The notes under the pieces are model-generated. The model was not told where the DNA came from. It worked only from the letters and a program-made list of their open reading frames with translations, and ran no database searches. DNA of 64,000 bases from Gammaproteobacteria bacterium (GTDB lineage Bacteria; Pseudomonadota; Gammaproteobacteria; Steroidobacterales; Rariloculaceae), in NCBI GenBank assembly GCA_036396795.1, contig DASWKF010000017.1, forward strand, positions 111,191 through 175,190. Direction: 5' to 3'. The position numbers and the translations under genes were made by a program. Each line of letters starts with the position of its first letter. The stretch's first letter is position 1. Shown piece by piece: positions 17,669 through 26,718 of this stretch.

Positions 17669-18676
17669 TTGAGAACGCTCACACGTCTTGCGGCGGCTTG
17701 CTTGGCCGCCACGCCCGTCTGGGGCCACCACAGCGACGCCGGCCTGGACGTCAACTCGATCCTGGCTTTCGAGGGGACGGTCACCGAGTTCGCGTTTCGC
17801 AATCCTCACGTCTACGTCGGTGTCGAGACTGCGGGCCCGAGCGGCGAGCCGGTGACCTGGGCGCTGCAAATGGGTACGGCCAACAATCTCAATCGACAAG
17901 GCTGGGTGCGGGACACGCTCAAGCCCGGCGACCAAGTCGCGGTCCGCGTGCATCCTGCGACGGACGGGCGACCCTACGGCGTGGTGACATCCATCGACAA
18001 GCAAGGCGGGCTGGGTCTGGCGCCGGTCTCCGACGAGCCGCAAGCGCCGGCCCGCGCAACGACCCTGGCGGGCAAATGGCGCGCGGACGTTTCCAAGCTC
18101 GTCGAATACCCGGGCGGTTTCGACGGGTTTTTTCACGCTGAGCTCGAGCTGACCGAGCGGGGCGCCGCCGCCCAGGCCCTATACGACCCGCTTTCCGCGG
18201 AGAACCCCGAGTCGACGTGCATCGGACGACCGGCACCGGCGGCGTTGGTGTCGAGCCGCCTCTATCTGCTCGAGTTCGAGCTCAACGAGGACACCGTCGT
18301 CATCCGAACCGAATATTTCGACGAGGAACGAACGATCCATATGGACGGCCGCGACCATCCGGACGGCAGCGGCCGTTTCGCCAGCGGGCATTCGATCGGC
18401 TGGTGGGAGAGCGAGACGCTCGTGATCGATACCACCCACTTCGCCGATCATCGCTCGCCGTACCAGATCGGTGTGCCCTCAGGACCGCGGAAGCACGTCG
18501 TCGAGCGATACCGACTGATCGAGAACGGCACGAGAATGCTGGCCGAGTTCGTCCTCGAAGATCCGGAATACATTGCCGAGCCCTTGACCCATCAAAGGGA
18601 GCTGATCTACTTGCCCCACGAAACCATGTATCGCTTCAACTGTGACCCGGATTCGACCAGCCGTTTCGTGCGCTGA
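17669..18676 (+). CDS. Long HH/NPH fusion protein, paralog 4 of 6
   Basis: 335 aa, TTG start after a GGGGGG run. ...ATPVWG then HHSDAGLD...FRNPH. The C-domain reads TCIGRPAP...GHSIGWWESETLVIDTT...FNCDPD. Confidence 0.8.
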   Translation: MRTLTRLAAACLAATPVWGHHSDAGLDVNSILAFEGTVTEFAFRNPHVYVGVETAGPSGEPVTWALQMGTANNLNRQGWVRDTLKPGDQVAVRVHPATDGRPYGVVTSIDKQGGLGLAPVSDEPQAPARATTLAGKWRADVSKLVEYPGGFDGFFHAELELTERGAAAQALYDPLSAENPESTCIGRPAPAALVSSRLYLLEFELNEDTVVIRTEYFDEERTIHMDGRDHPDGSGRFASGHSIGWWESETLVIDTTHFADHRSPYQIGVPSGPRKHVVERYRLIENGTRMLAEFVLEDPEYIAEPLTHQRELIYLPHETMYRFNCDPDSTSRFVR

Positions 18677-18691
18677 TCTGAGGTAGTGCCG

Positions 18692-19456
18692 ATGGCGAGA
18701 CCCTTCATCCTCGCGGCCGCGCTGATGCTTGCCGCCGCGACTTCCTCCGCGGCGCTCGCGCAGCAAGCCGCCGCCGACCGCTCGATGTCGTTTTTCGTGA
18801 CCAGCCGGCCCATCGGTGACGGCGGCAATCTCGGCGGGCTTGCCGGCGCGGATGCGCATTGCCAGGCGCTCGCGACCGCGGTCGGTGCCGGCCACAGGAC
18901 CTGGCACGCTTACTTGAGCACGCAGGCCCGCCCCGGTCGACCGGCCGTGAACGCGCGCGACCGCATCGGCACCGGGCCCTGGTACAACGTACGAGGCGAG
19001 ATGATCGCCCGCGACGTCGCGCATCTGCACGGCGACACCCTCGAGCTCGCGCGGCTCGGCAACAACTTGACGAAGCAGTCGGCGCTCACCGAGAAGGGGC
19101 AGATCGTGCCGGGCCTGGAGGATTTTCCGGATCCCCGAGACAACGACTGGGACTACGTCAAGACTACGCCGAATTCCAATCGCCACGAGATCTTGACGGG
19201 CACGCAGCCCGACGGCCGGGCGTATCCCTCGGACCTCGATTACACCTGCGACAATTGGACGAGCAACGAGGACCCGGAAGGGCAGGCGTCCCTGGGAGCG
19301 GCTCCGGCCAAGCCCAACGCGCAGATCGGCTTCACCGACCGCAACGGCGGCGGCAACGGTTCTTGGAACTCCTCGCATGGCACGCGCGGCTGTAGTCAAT
19401 ATGCGCTGCCGAGAACACACGGCATCGGCATGCTCTACTGCTTTGCGGTGAATTGA
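18692..19456 (+). CDS. Secreted endostatin-like / C-type-lectin-fold protein (DUF1554-like), tandem copy 1
   Basis: Signal peptide [41 protein letters not shown] matches collagen XVIII endostatin [29 protein letters not shown]. Four Cys lie in equivalent positions (HC, TCDNW, GCSQ, YCF). The start could also be GTG 18686. Confidence 0.75.
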   Translation: [254 protein letters not shown]

Positions 19457-19463
19457 GGCGCGC

Positions 19464-20147
19464 ATGACGAGAACGACATCGTTGCTGACGGCCGCCGCGC
19501 TTCTCACGCTCAGCAGCGTTTTTACGGCGATCGCACAACAGCGAGCGCAGGCGCCGATGACGTTCTTCGTTACCAGCGAGCCGATCGGCGACGGCGGCAA
19601 TCTCGGCGGGCTCGAAGGCGCCGATGCGCATTGCCAGGCGCTCGCGACCGCCGCCGGCGCGGGCGATCATACCTGGCGCGCGTATCTGAGCACGCAGGCG
19701 CGCCCCGGGATGCCCGCGGTGAATGCCCGCGACCGCATCGGCGACGGCCCGTGGTACGCTGCCGTGCGCAGGCTCGACCGTCCGATCATCAAGTCCGAGC
19801 TTCACGGCGACACGCTCATCGAAGCGCAGCGCGGCAGCAACATGTTCAAGCGGTACACGCTCACCGAGAAGGGCGAGCTCGTCAACGGTATCGGCGATCC
19901 GCTGCCGATGCGCCACGATATCCTCACCGGCTCGCAGACGGACGGGCGCGCCTTCACCGCCGCCGCCGACCATACATGCAACAACTGGACCAGCAACGCC
20001 GAAGGCTCGGCGCAGGTCGGCCATTCCGATCGCATCGGCAACGGCAACACCTCGTGGAATTCCTCGCACGCGACCGACGGCTGCGGTCAGGCGGACCTCG
20101 AGGGCTGGGGCGGCGTCGGCTTGTTCTATTGCTTCGCCGTGGATTGA
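19464..20147 (+). CDS. Secreted endostatin-like / C-type-lectin-fold protein, tandem copy 2
   Basis: 227 aa paralog of the upstream gene. It shares a 29-nt identical stretch (18851-18879 = 19623-19651) and the four Cys. Confidence 0.75.
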   Translation: [227 protein letters not shown]

Positions 20148-20169
20148 TCCCGCCGCGCCCTCTTCAAGC

Positions 20170-20970
20170 TCAGCGCAGATAGTCGGGCTTGATGTCCTCG
20201 AACAGATCGTCACGCACCTCGGCCGGGCGAGTGCGGCCCCGGCAGTACACGCCGGCGCTCGTTAAACGATACATGTTGCCCAGCGTGCTCGCCGGGTGAT
20301 GGTCAGCCGTGTAACAACTGCCGGCGAACGACAGCCCCCCCTCGGCCTGGGGTGTCGTCGCGAGCGGCACCTCGCGGCTCGGCGGCGGCCGGCCGGTAGG
20401 CACGCTCGGCACGCTCGAGCTCGACTCCGGCAGGGTTTGCGGATACGCGGGATAGCCGAAGCCGCGGTAACGGCGCTCGCGCTCGGTTTCCTGCCGGAGG
20501 TAGACCACCGCCTCGGGAATGCGCGCGCCCCAATCGACGTCGGGCGCCGGCGCCTCGTCCTCGGCCGCCGAGACCTCGTCGTCGTCAGCCGGCAGCTCGG
20601 CGCCCTCCGGGCCGCTCTCGGTTTCCGGCGGCGTTGCCGCCGCGACGGCCGGCTCGGCCTCGCCGGCGTCGGACGGTGGTGCCGGCGCCAGGGCGGGCTC
20701 GACGGCCGGCTCGAAAGCCGGCTCGATGGGCGGCCAAGGCTCCCGGAGCACGAAGGCTTCTAACGGTCGCATCGGCAGGTCCGGCGGTCGGCTCCATTCG
20801 GTCTGCATCACGACGAGCACGACCAGCGCGTGCAGCCCGGCGGATCCGGCGACGGCGGCAATTCGCGCGTCCCGGGCACCGGGCACGGGCTTGTCTAAGA
20901 TGGCCTGCAGCCGAGCTCTCCCCCGACGGCGATTTCCGGCGAATGCGCATCCGATCATAGCGGCATTCAT
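20170..20970 (-). CDS. Hypothetical single-pass membrane protein with Pro/Glu-rich spacer
   Basis: C-terminal 266 codons of the 616-aa ORF 20170-22020, the part not antisense to gene 21088-22107. One hydrophobic helix (IAAVAGSAGLHALVVLVVM), then PIEPAFEPAVEPALAPAPP and an acidic stretch. No clear RBS, so start and reality are uncertain. Confidence 0.4.
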   Translation of the reverse strand: MNAAMIGCAFAGNRRRGRARLQAILDKPVPGARDARIAAVAGSAGLHALVVLVVMQTEWSRPPDLPMRPLEAFVLREPWPPIEPAFEPAVEPALAPAPPSDAGEAEPAVAAATPPETESGPEGAELPADDDEVSAAEDEAPAPDVDWGARIPEAVVYLRQETERERRYRGFGYPAYPQTLPESSSSVPSVPTGRPPPSREVPLATTPQAEGGLSFAGSCYTADHHPASTLGNMYRLTSAGVYCRGRTRPAEVRDDLFEDIKPDYLR

Positions 20971-21087
20971 TACAGGGGATACGCCGCGGAGCCCGAGGGT
21001 CGCGGCAGGCCCCGGAGCAGCTGCGAGACGCGTCGATCGCGCTAGAATCCGCGTAAAATCTGCAGACGGGCTCAGAGAGGGGGACCC

Positions 21088-22107
21088 ATGAGGAATCAGG
21101 CAGCCTTCGCCGCGGCGTCTTTCACGCTCGCCTGCGCGGCTTTCGGTCATCACAGCGACGTCGGCCTGCAGATGGATGCGGTGACGACCTTCGAGGGGAT
21201 CGTCACCGAATACACGCTGCGCAATCCTCACAGCTATTTCACCGTCGCAACCACGGACGAAAACGCCGAATCGGTCACCTGGACCGTGCAAATGGGCTCG
21301 GCGATCTCGGTTTCGCGCAGAGGATGGACGCGCGACACGCTTGCACTCAACGACCGGGTGATCGTCGGCGTGCATGCGGCGCGCGACGGGCGGCCGTACG
21401 GGCTGCTCGCAACGCTCGAGAAGGAAGGTGTGCCTATCTCCTATGCGCGGTTGCCGAACCCGGTGACGGTGAGCACGACGAGCCTCGAAGGCCGGTGGAT
21501 CATCGATCGGGCGAGCCTCCCCGAGGACTACCCCGGAGGCCTCGACCAGCTCACGCTTCAAGATCTTGCCTTGACCGAGAAAGGCCGGGCCGCGCTGGCG
21601 GCGTTCAGTCAGAACTCCGAGGAGAATCCGGAGCTCGCCTGCATATCGAAGCCGACGCCGGGAGGAATCGTCTATACGGACATTTACCCGATCGAGATCG
21701 AGTTCGTGCAGGGCAACGAGATCATCATGATCCGCAGCCAGTACTTCGATCAGGAGCGCACCGTGTACATGGACGGTCGACCGCATCCCGACCTCGACCA
21801 GCGTTGGCACGAAGGCCATTCGATCGGCTGGTGGGAAGGCGAGGTGCTGATCGTGGATACGCGGAATTTTGCGGACAACCGATCGCCCTACCAGAACGGC
21901 ATTCCCTCGGGGGCGCAAAAGCACGTCGTCGAGCGTTACGAGCTGCAGCCGAGCGGCACACACATGACGGTCGAGTTCACGCTCGAGGATCCTGAATATC
22001 TCGTCGGATCGATGACTCACAGGAGAGACTTGGTCTATTCGCCGCAGCTGGAGATGACGCCATTCAATTGCGATCTCGAAGCGACGCGACGCTACCTGCC
22101 TCGATAG
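21088..22107 (+). CDS. Long HH/NPH fusion protein, paralog 5 of 6
   Basis: 339 aa, RBS GAGGGGGA. ...ACAAFG then HHSDVGLQ...LRNPH. Roughly half the residues are identical to ORF 17669 by eye. FNCDLE lies near the C-terminus. Confidence 0.8.
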   Translation: MRNQAAFAAASFTLACAAFGHHSDVGLQMDAVTTFEGIVTEYTLRNPHSYFTVATTDENAESVTWTVQMGSAISVSRRGWTRDTLALNDRVIVGVHAARDGRPYGLLATLEKEGVPISYARLPNPVTVSTTSLEGRWIIDRASLPEDYPGGLDQLTLQDLALTEKGRAALAAFSQNSEENPELACISKPTPGGIVYTDIYPIEIEFVQGNEIIMIRSQYFDQERTVYMDGRPHPDLDQRWHEGHSIGWWEGEVLIVDTRNFADNRSPYQNGIPSGAQKHVVERYELQPSGTHMTVEFTLEDPEYLVGSMTHRRDLVYSPQLEMTPFNCDLEATRRYLPR

Positions 22108-22132
22108 CGGCCCATCCAGACGGCTGTGCGTA

Positions 22133-23038
22133 ATGCGTTACCGGTACTTCATCTGTGACGTCTTCACGGATCGGCCTTTCTGCGGCAATCAGTTGGCCGT
22201 GTTGCCCGAAGCCGAAGGTCTCAGCGATCTCCAGATGCAGCAGATTGCGCGCGAATTCAATTTCTCCGAGACGACCTTCGTCTTCCCGGCCGAGGCGGGC
22301 CATACGCGCAAGGTACGAATATTCACGCCGACGAAAGAGCTGCCGTTCGCGGGCCATCCCAACCTCGGCACGGCCCACGTGCTCGCGGTCGACGGCGCTT
22401 TCGGCGCTTTCGAGGCAATGAAGACCGTAACTTTCGAAGAGGGCGCCGGACCGGTGCGTATCTCGATCCACCGGCGCGAGGACGAGCGGTTATGGTGCGA
22501 GCTGGAGGCGCCGCAAGGCCTGACGCTCGGCGGCCCTATCTCCCCGCAGAGGATGGCGTCGATTCTTGCCCTGGAGCCGGGAGACATCGTCACGGACGTG
22601 CATCTCCCCATGGTTGCCTCCGTAGGCCTGCCGTTCTTGGTCGCCGAGATCAAAGACAGAAGCGCTCTGGCGCGAGCTCGGGTCGACCTGACCGAGCTCG
22701 GCAAGCTCGCGGCGGAAGGAATCTGCCACGATCTTCACATCTACGTGCGCAGCGAACACGAGTTTGATATTCGGGCTCGCATGTTCGCGCCGCTCGACGG
22801 CGTGCCCGAAGATCCGGCGACCGGCAGCGCGAATTGCGCTCTGGCGGGGTTGCTGAGCGCGTTTCAGCCTGAGGAACACGGGAATTTCAGTTGGCGCATC
22901 GCTCAAGGCATGGAAATGGGCAGGCCGAGCATTCTGGACGCGCGCACGGAGAAACGAAACGGGTCCGTTGCCAGATGCTGGATCGGCGGCGTAAGCGTCC
23001 TTGTCAGCGAAGGAACAATCACTGCCGTTCCGCCCTAA
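22133..23038 (+). CDS. PhzF-family isomerase/epimerase-like protein
   Basis: 301 aa. The N-terminus MRYRYFICDVFTDRPFCGNQLAVL...FNFSETTFV is typical of the PhzF family. Confidence 0.85.
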   Translation: MRYRYFICDVFTDRPFCGNQLAVLPEAEGLSDLQMQQIAREFNFSETTFVFPAEAGHTRKVRIFTPTKELPFAGHPNLGTAHVLAVDGAFGAFEAMKTVTFEEGAGPVRISIHRREDERLWCELEAPQGLTLGGPISPQRMASILALEPGDIVTDVHLPMVASVGLPFLVAEIKDRSALARARVDLTELGKLAAEGICHDLHIYVRSEHEFDIRARMFAPLDGVPEDPATGSANCALAGLLSAFQPEEHGNFSWRIAQGMEMGRPSILDARTEKRNGSVARCWIGGVSVLVSEGTITAVPP

Positions 23039-23113
23039 AATGCGTTAGATTTGCTCCAGGCGGCGGAGACGACCCGAGGTTCTTTGCAGCTTCACCAATT
23101 CAGGAGCCCTTCT

Positions 23114-23533
23114 GTGTTCCACAAGCCCAGAGACACATCAGTGGGGAATTCCGTTCTTGCGACGAAAGTCCGATTCGCCGCGAGCGCACTATCCTCGGAT
23201 GAGGATCTCACCATCGAGGGCATCGTCGAGGGCAGCATCGCCAATCGGAGTCACCAGGTGACCATCGGCAGAAGCGGCCGGGTAAAGGCCGACGTGCATG
23301 CGAGAATCATCGTCGTGGAGGGGACCATCGAGGGAGATTTGTTGGGCGAGGAAGCCGTGCACATGCGGCGCACCGCGCGAGTCGTCGGCAATGTGACCTC
23401 GCCTCGGATCACGCTCGAGGACGGCGCGACGGTGAAAGGCAACATCAGGACCTCCGGGCGGTCGCCTGCCGCGCCACGTGCCGCGGCGGAGCAAGCCCCG
23501 CCGCCGCCCGCCGGGAGCATGCGAGCTCAATAG
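23114..23533 (+). CDS. Bactofilin (polymer-forming cytoskeletal protein)
   Basis: Repetitive beta-helix pattern IEGIVEGSI...VKADVHARIIVVEGTIEGDLLG...VVGNVTSPRITLEDGATVKGNI. GTG 23114 is preferred because AGGAG lies at 23102-23106. Confidence 0.75.
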   Translation: MFHKPRDTSVGNSVLATKVRFAASALSSDEDLTIEGIVEGSIANRSHQVTIGRSGRVKADVHARIIVVEGTIEGDLLGEEAVHMRRTARVVGNVTSPRITLEDGATVKGNIRTSGRSPAAPRAAAEQAPPPPAGSMRAQ

Positions 23534-23534
23534 G

Positions 23535-24659
23535 ATGCGCCGCGCCATCCCCATGTTGCTGGCCGTCGGGCTCGTCGCCCCGGTGCACTACGCGTGGGCA
23601 CAGGGTCCGGAGAGCCTGCGGATCTATGTCATCGACGTCGAAGGCGGCGGCGCAACCTTGTTCGTTCCGCCATCGGGCGAGTCGCTGCTCATTGATACCG
23701 GTAACGGCGGCGACGCGGCCGCACGGGACGCGGGCCGGATCATGGAGGCGATCGAAGACGCCGGCCTCGACCGCCTCGACCACGTGATCATCACTCACTA
23801 TCACGGCGATCACATCGGCGGTCTGGCCGAGCTGGCCACGCGGATCCCGATCGGCCACTTCATCGATCATGGGCCGAACGTTCAGCCCGAGGGATCGGGC
23901 GCGGCCCACCTGCCGCGCTACGAGGAGCTATCCCGGCAGGCGCAGCACACTGTTGTCAAGTCCGGGGATCGCATTCCCGTATCGGGGCTCTATATCCGTG
24001 TCGTCGCCTCCGCCGGGCAGGTGATCGCGACGGCGCTGCCGGGCGCCGGCGAATCCAATCCGCATTGCGCGAATGTCGACCCTATCGCGCCCGATCTCAC
24101 GGAGAACGCGCAGTCCGTAGCGGTATCCATCGAGTTCGGACGCTTCCGCGTAGCGCACCTGGGCGATCTGACGTGGAACGGCGAGCTCGAGCTGATGTGC
24201 CCTGAGAACAAGTTCGGCACGGCCGATCTCTTCATTGTGTCGCACCATGCACAGCAGCGCCCGGCCTCGATGTCGAACTCCAGACCGCTGGTGCATGGCT
24301 TGGGTCCGCGGGTGGCGATCTCGAGCAACGGCATCCGCAAGGGCGCGCAGGTCGCTGCGATGCAGATCCTCTTTACCTCGCCGGGTCTCGAGGACCTGTG
24401 GCAGCTGCACTTCTCCGAGTTCAGTGGGCAGGAATACACGGTGCCGGGATTGTTCATCGCCAATCGATACGACGGCGAGACCTACATCCCGGTCGCACCC
24501 ACGGCCGCGCAATCGCCGACGCCCTCGGATCCGCCGATCCCGCCGCACGACGGGCCGGCGTTTTATTTCAAGGTCACGGCGCAAGAAGATGGGACGTTCA
24601 CCGTGACGAATACACGGAACGGGTTCTCGAAGACCTACGAGGCGGTATCGGGAGGCTGA
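23535..24659 (+). CDS. Secreted MBL-fold metallo-hydrolase (ComEC-type lactamase_B domain)
   Basis: ORF trimmed to ATG 23535. Signal peptide LLAVGLVAPVHYAWAQ. HYHGDH motif and a Pro-rich C-terminal extension. Confidence 0.8.
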   Translation: MRRAIPMLLAVGLVAPVHYAWAQGPESLRIYVIDVEGGGATLFVPPSGESLLIDTGNGGDAAARDAGRIMEAIEDAGLDRLDHVIITHYHGDHIGGLAELATRIPIGHFIDHGPNVQPEGSGAAHLPRYEELSRQAQHTVVKSGDRIPVSGLYIRVVASAGQVIATALPGAGESNPHCANVDPIAPDLTENAQSVAVSIEFGRFRVAHLGDLTWNGELELMCPENKFGTADLFIVSHHAQQRPASMSNSRPLVHGLGPRVAISSNGIRKGAQVAAMQILFTSPGLEDLWQLHFSEFSGQEYTVPGLFIANRYDGETYIPVAPTAAQSPTPSDPPIPPHDGPAFYFKVTAQEDGTFTVTNTRNGFSKTYEAVSGG

Positions 24660-24756
24660 TCAGAAACGCTTGAAAGGAGATTGACACGGCGTCGATCGCT
24701 CACCGACAGTGGCGTTCGTTGGGGAGGCCACGTCGGAAGTTGAACAGGGGGGACTC

Positions 24757-25809
24757 ATGAAACGACATCTTCGGATGATAACTCTGGGCCTGGCCGGCAT
24801 TGCCGTCTCAGGCGGTGGCGCGGGCGCGCAAACGCCTCAGCAACACGGCGCGGACTGGCCCGACTGGGCTTACGGTTATCTGGCTCCGCTTTCCGAGGGC
24901 GATCTAGTCGCGCCTCCCTGTCCGCTGACGGCCAATCCGCTCGACTGCCGACACGCCAGCGAGCCGGATACGGACGACGGCAACAAGCGCAGCTTGCCCG
25001 ACACGACCCTGTCCTTTACGGAGTATGAGGCGAACTTCGGTTACGGCCCCGCGGACTGGTTCCCGGGGGACCACCCGCCGATGCCCGACATCGTGGCGCA
25101 CGGTAAGCAAAGCGCCGGGGTGCGTGCCTGCTCGCTGTGTCACTACCCCAACGGCCAGGGCAAGATGGAGAACGCGCATGTCGCAGGTCTCCCCAAGGCC
25201 TACATCCTCCAGCAGCTCGAAGCGTTTGAGAAAGGTGACCGCCACAACGCGGATCCGCGCAAGGCGAACACCAACGAGATGGCGAGAATGCCCAGAGGGA
25301 TGACCGACGCCGAGAAGGAGCAGGCTGCCGAATACTTCTCCTCGATGCCGTTTCGCCCGTGGGTTCGCGTCGTCGAAGCCGACGAAGTGCCGACGGTGCG
25401 CGTCACCGAGGGCGGGCTCATGATACCGATCGAGGGTGCGCTGCCGATGCCGATCGGCCGGCGCATCATCGAGGTGCCCGAGCACGCGGAGCGGATGGAG
25501 ATCATGCGCGATCCGAGATCGGGATTTATCACCTATGTGCCGGTCGGCAGCCTGGCTGCGGGTGAGGCGCTCGTGACCACCGGCGCCGGCAAGACGATAC
25601 AGTGCAGCCTGTGCCACGGCCCGGGGCAAAAAGGCCTCGGCGACATTCCCGGCATCGCGGGTCGGACCGCGAGCTACACGATGCGGCAGCTGTGGGACTT
25701 CAAGCAGGGCGCGCGCAAGAGCCCGGGGGCGATGCAGCCCGTGGTGCAGAATCTGAGCTCCGAGGATCTGCTCAACATCGTGGCCTATTTGGCCTCGCTC
25801 GAGCCCTGA
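24757..25809 (+). CDS. Periplasmic di-heme c-type cytochrome
   Basis: ORF trimmed to ATG 24757 (GGGGGGA upstream) with a signal peptide. Two CXXCH motifs (CSLCH at two positions). Confidence 0.8.
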   Translation: MKRHLRMITLGLAGIAVSGGGAGAQTPQQHGADWPDWAYGYLAPLSEGDLVAPPCPLTANPLDCRHASEPDTDDGNKRSLPDTTLSFTEYEANFGYGPADWFPGDHPPMPDIVAHGKQSAGVRACSLCHYPNGQGKMENAHVAGLPKAYILQQLEAFEKGDRHNADPRKANTNEMARMPRGMTDAEKEQAAEYFSSMPFRPWVRVVEADEVPTVRVTEGGLMIPIEGALPMPIGRRIIEVPEHAERMEIMRDPRSGFITYVPVGSLAAGEALVTTGAGKTIQCSLCHGPGQKGLGDIPGIAGRTASYTMRQLWDFKQGARKSPGAMQPVVQNLSSEDLLNIVAYLASLEP

Positions 25810-25827
25810 GCCGGCGCACGCGAGCTC

Positions 25828-26664
25828 TCAGAGCTGCGTGGTGCGCGCGATGACCGCCTTGACGAGCTGGACCAGGCCCCAGAGAAATACGAGCGGCAGG
25901 ATGATCGTCTGAAACACGAAGATGACGATCAGCTCGATGATGTGCTCCACGGAGTCGGATACCTGTTGGCGAAGATTCTCCAGCCGCTCGCGGGCGTTGA
26001 GCGTGCGTAGCGTATCGCCCAGCATCGCGCCGAGCTGATCGACGAGCGAAGAGTCTTCGGCCGGCGGCGGCGCGGTCTCGGCGTTGAATTCCTCGATTTC
26101 TTCGCTGGTGGCCTCGATCGCCTGCGTCGCCGCCGTGTGCTGCTCGGCGAGGAAGGTCTCGAAAAACAAGCTCGAGAACACCATCAGCGCCGGAATCGCG
26201 AATCGCAGCAGGCTCGCGATCAGCAGCCCGCGCAAGGCCATGCGCGCCGGCAGCGACGCTATCGGCGGCGCCCAGACGATGATCAGGCTCAAGGCCGCGG
26301 CGATCACCAGCGCCGCGCTGACGCCCCACCAGGCCGTGACTCGGAGCAGCACGTTCTGCAGGCCCAGCGAGCTCGTCGCGACGAGCATCACGCCGGAGAA
26401 TTGCTCGATCAGATCGTTGATGGGGTCGAGCACCTCACCGATGCTCAAGTTGACGCCGATACCGCCCGGCTCGAGCGAAAGCTCCGTGCCTTGCGCCGCG
26501 GAAATGACGCCGTTGAGCGTGCGCGCCGCGGCGAAGGTCAGGAGCGCGCGCCCGAAAGTGTCCGCGGCATAGTCGCGCGCAAGCTCGTCGACGCGCCCGG
26601 TAGCGGCGGCCGCCGTCGCCGCGAGCGCGAAAACGGTCCAGAGCAGCTTGCGGGTCAGCGTCAT
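25828..26664 (-). CDS. Hypothetical polytopic membrane protein
   Basis: 278 aa with several hydrophobic helices and no recognised family motif. Confidence 0.6.
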   Translation of the reverse strand: MTLTRKLLWTVFALAATAAAATGRVDELARDYAADTFGRALLTFAAARTLNGVISAAQGTELSLEPGGIGVNLSIGEVLDPINDLIEQFSGVMLVATSSLGLQNVLLRVTAWWGVSAALVIAAALSLIIVWAPPIASLPARMALRGLLIASLLRFAIPALMVFSSLFFETFLAEQHTAATQAIEATSEEIEEFNAETAPPPAEDSSLVDQLGAMLGDTLRTLNARERLENLRQQVSDSVEHIIELIVIFVFQTIILPLVFLWGLVQLVKAVIARTTQL

Positions 26665-26718
26665 CGGCCTGCGGCCTCGGGATTCGAGCGCGCGTGCCGC
26701 AGTCCCACGGCGGGGCCG

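Noticed and set aside
15581-20213. Series of long minus-strand ORFs (15581-16657, 18479-19600, 19332-20213) under the plus-strand array
   Set aside because: Each is antisense to a plus-strand gene with a signal peptide, RBS and family motifs. The translations are Arg-rich and featureless.
20971-22020. N-terminal ~350 codons of the 616-aa minus-strand ORF 20170-22020
   Set aside because: It is exactly antisense to the well-supported HH/NPH fusion gene 21088-22107. The product is Arg-rich and low-complexity with no motifs, a typical high-GC shadow ORF. Only the non-overlapping 3' part (20170-20970) is kept, as a weak call.
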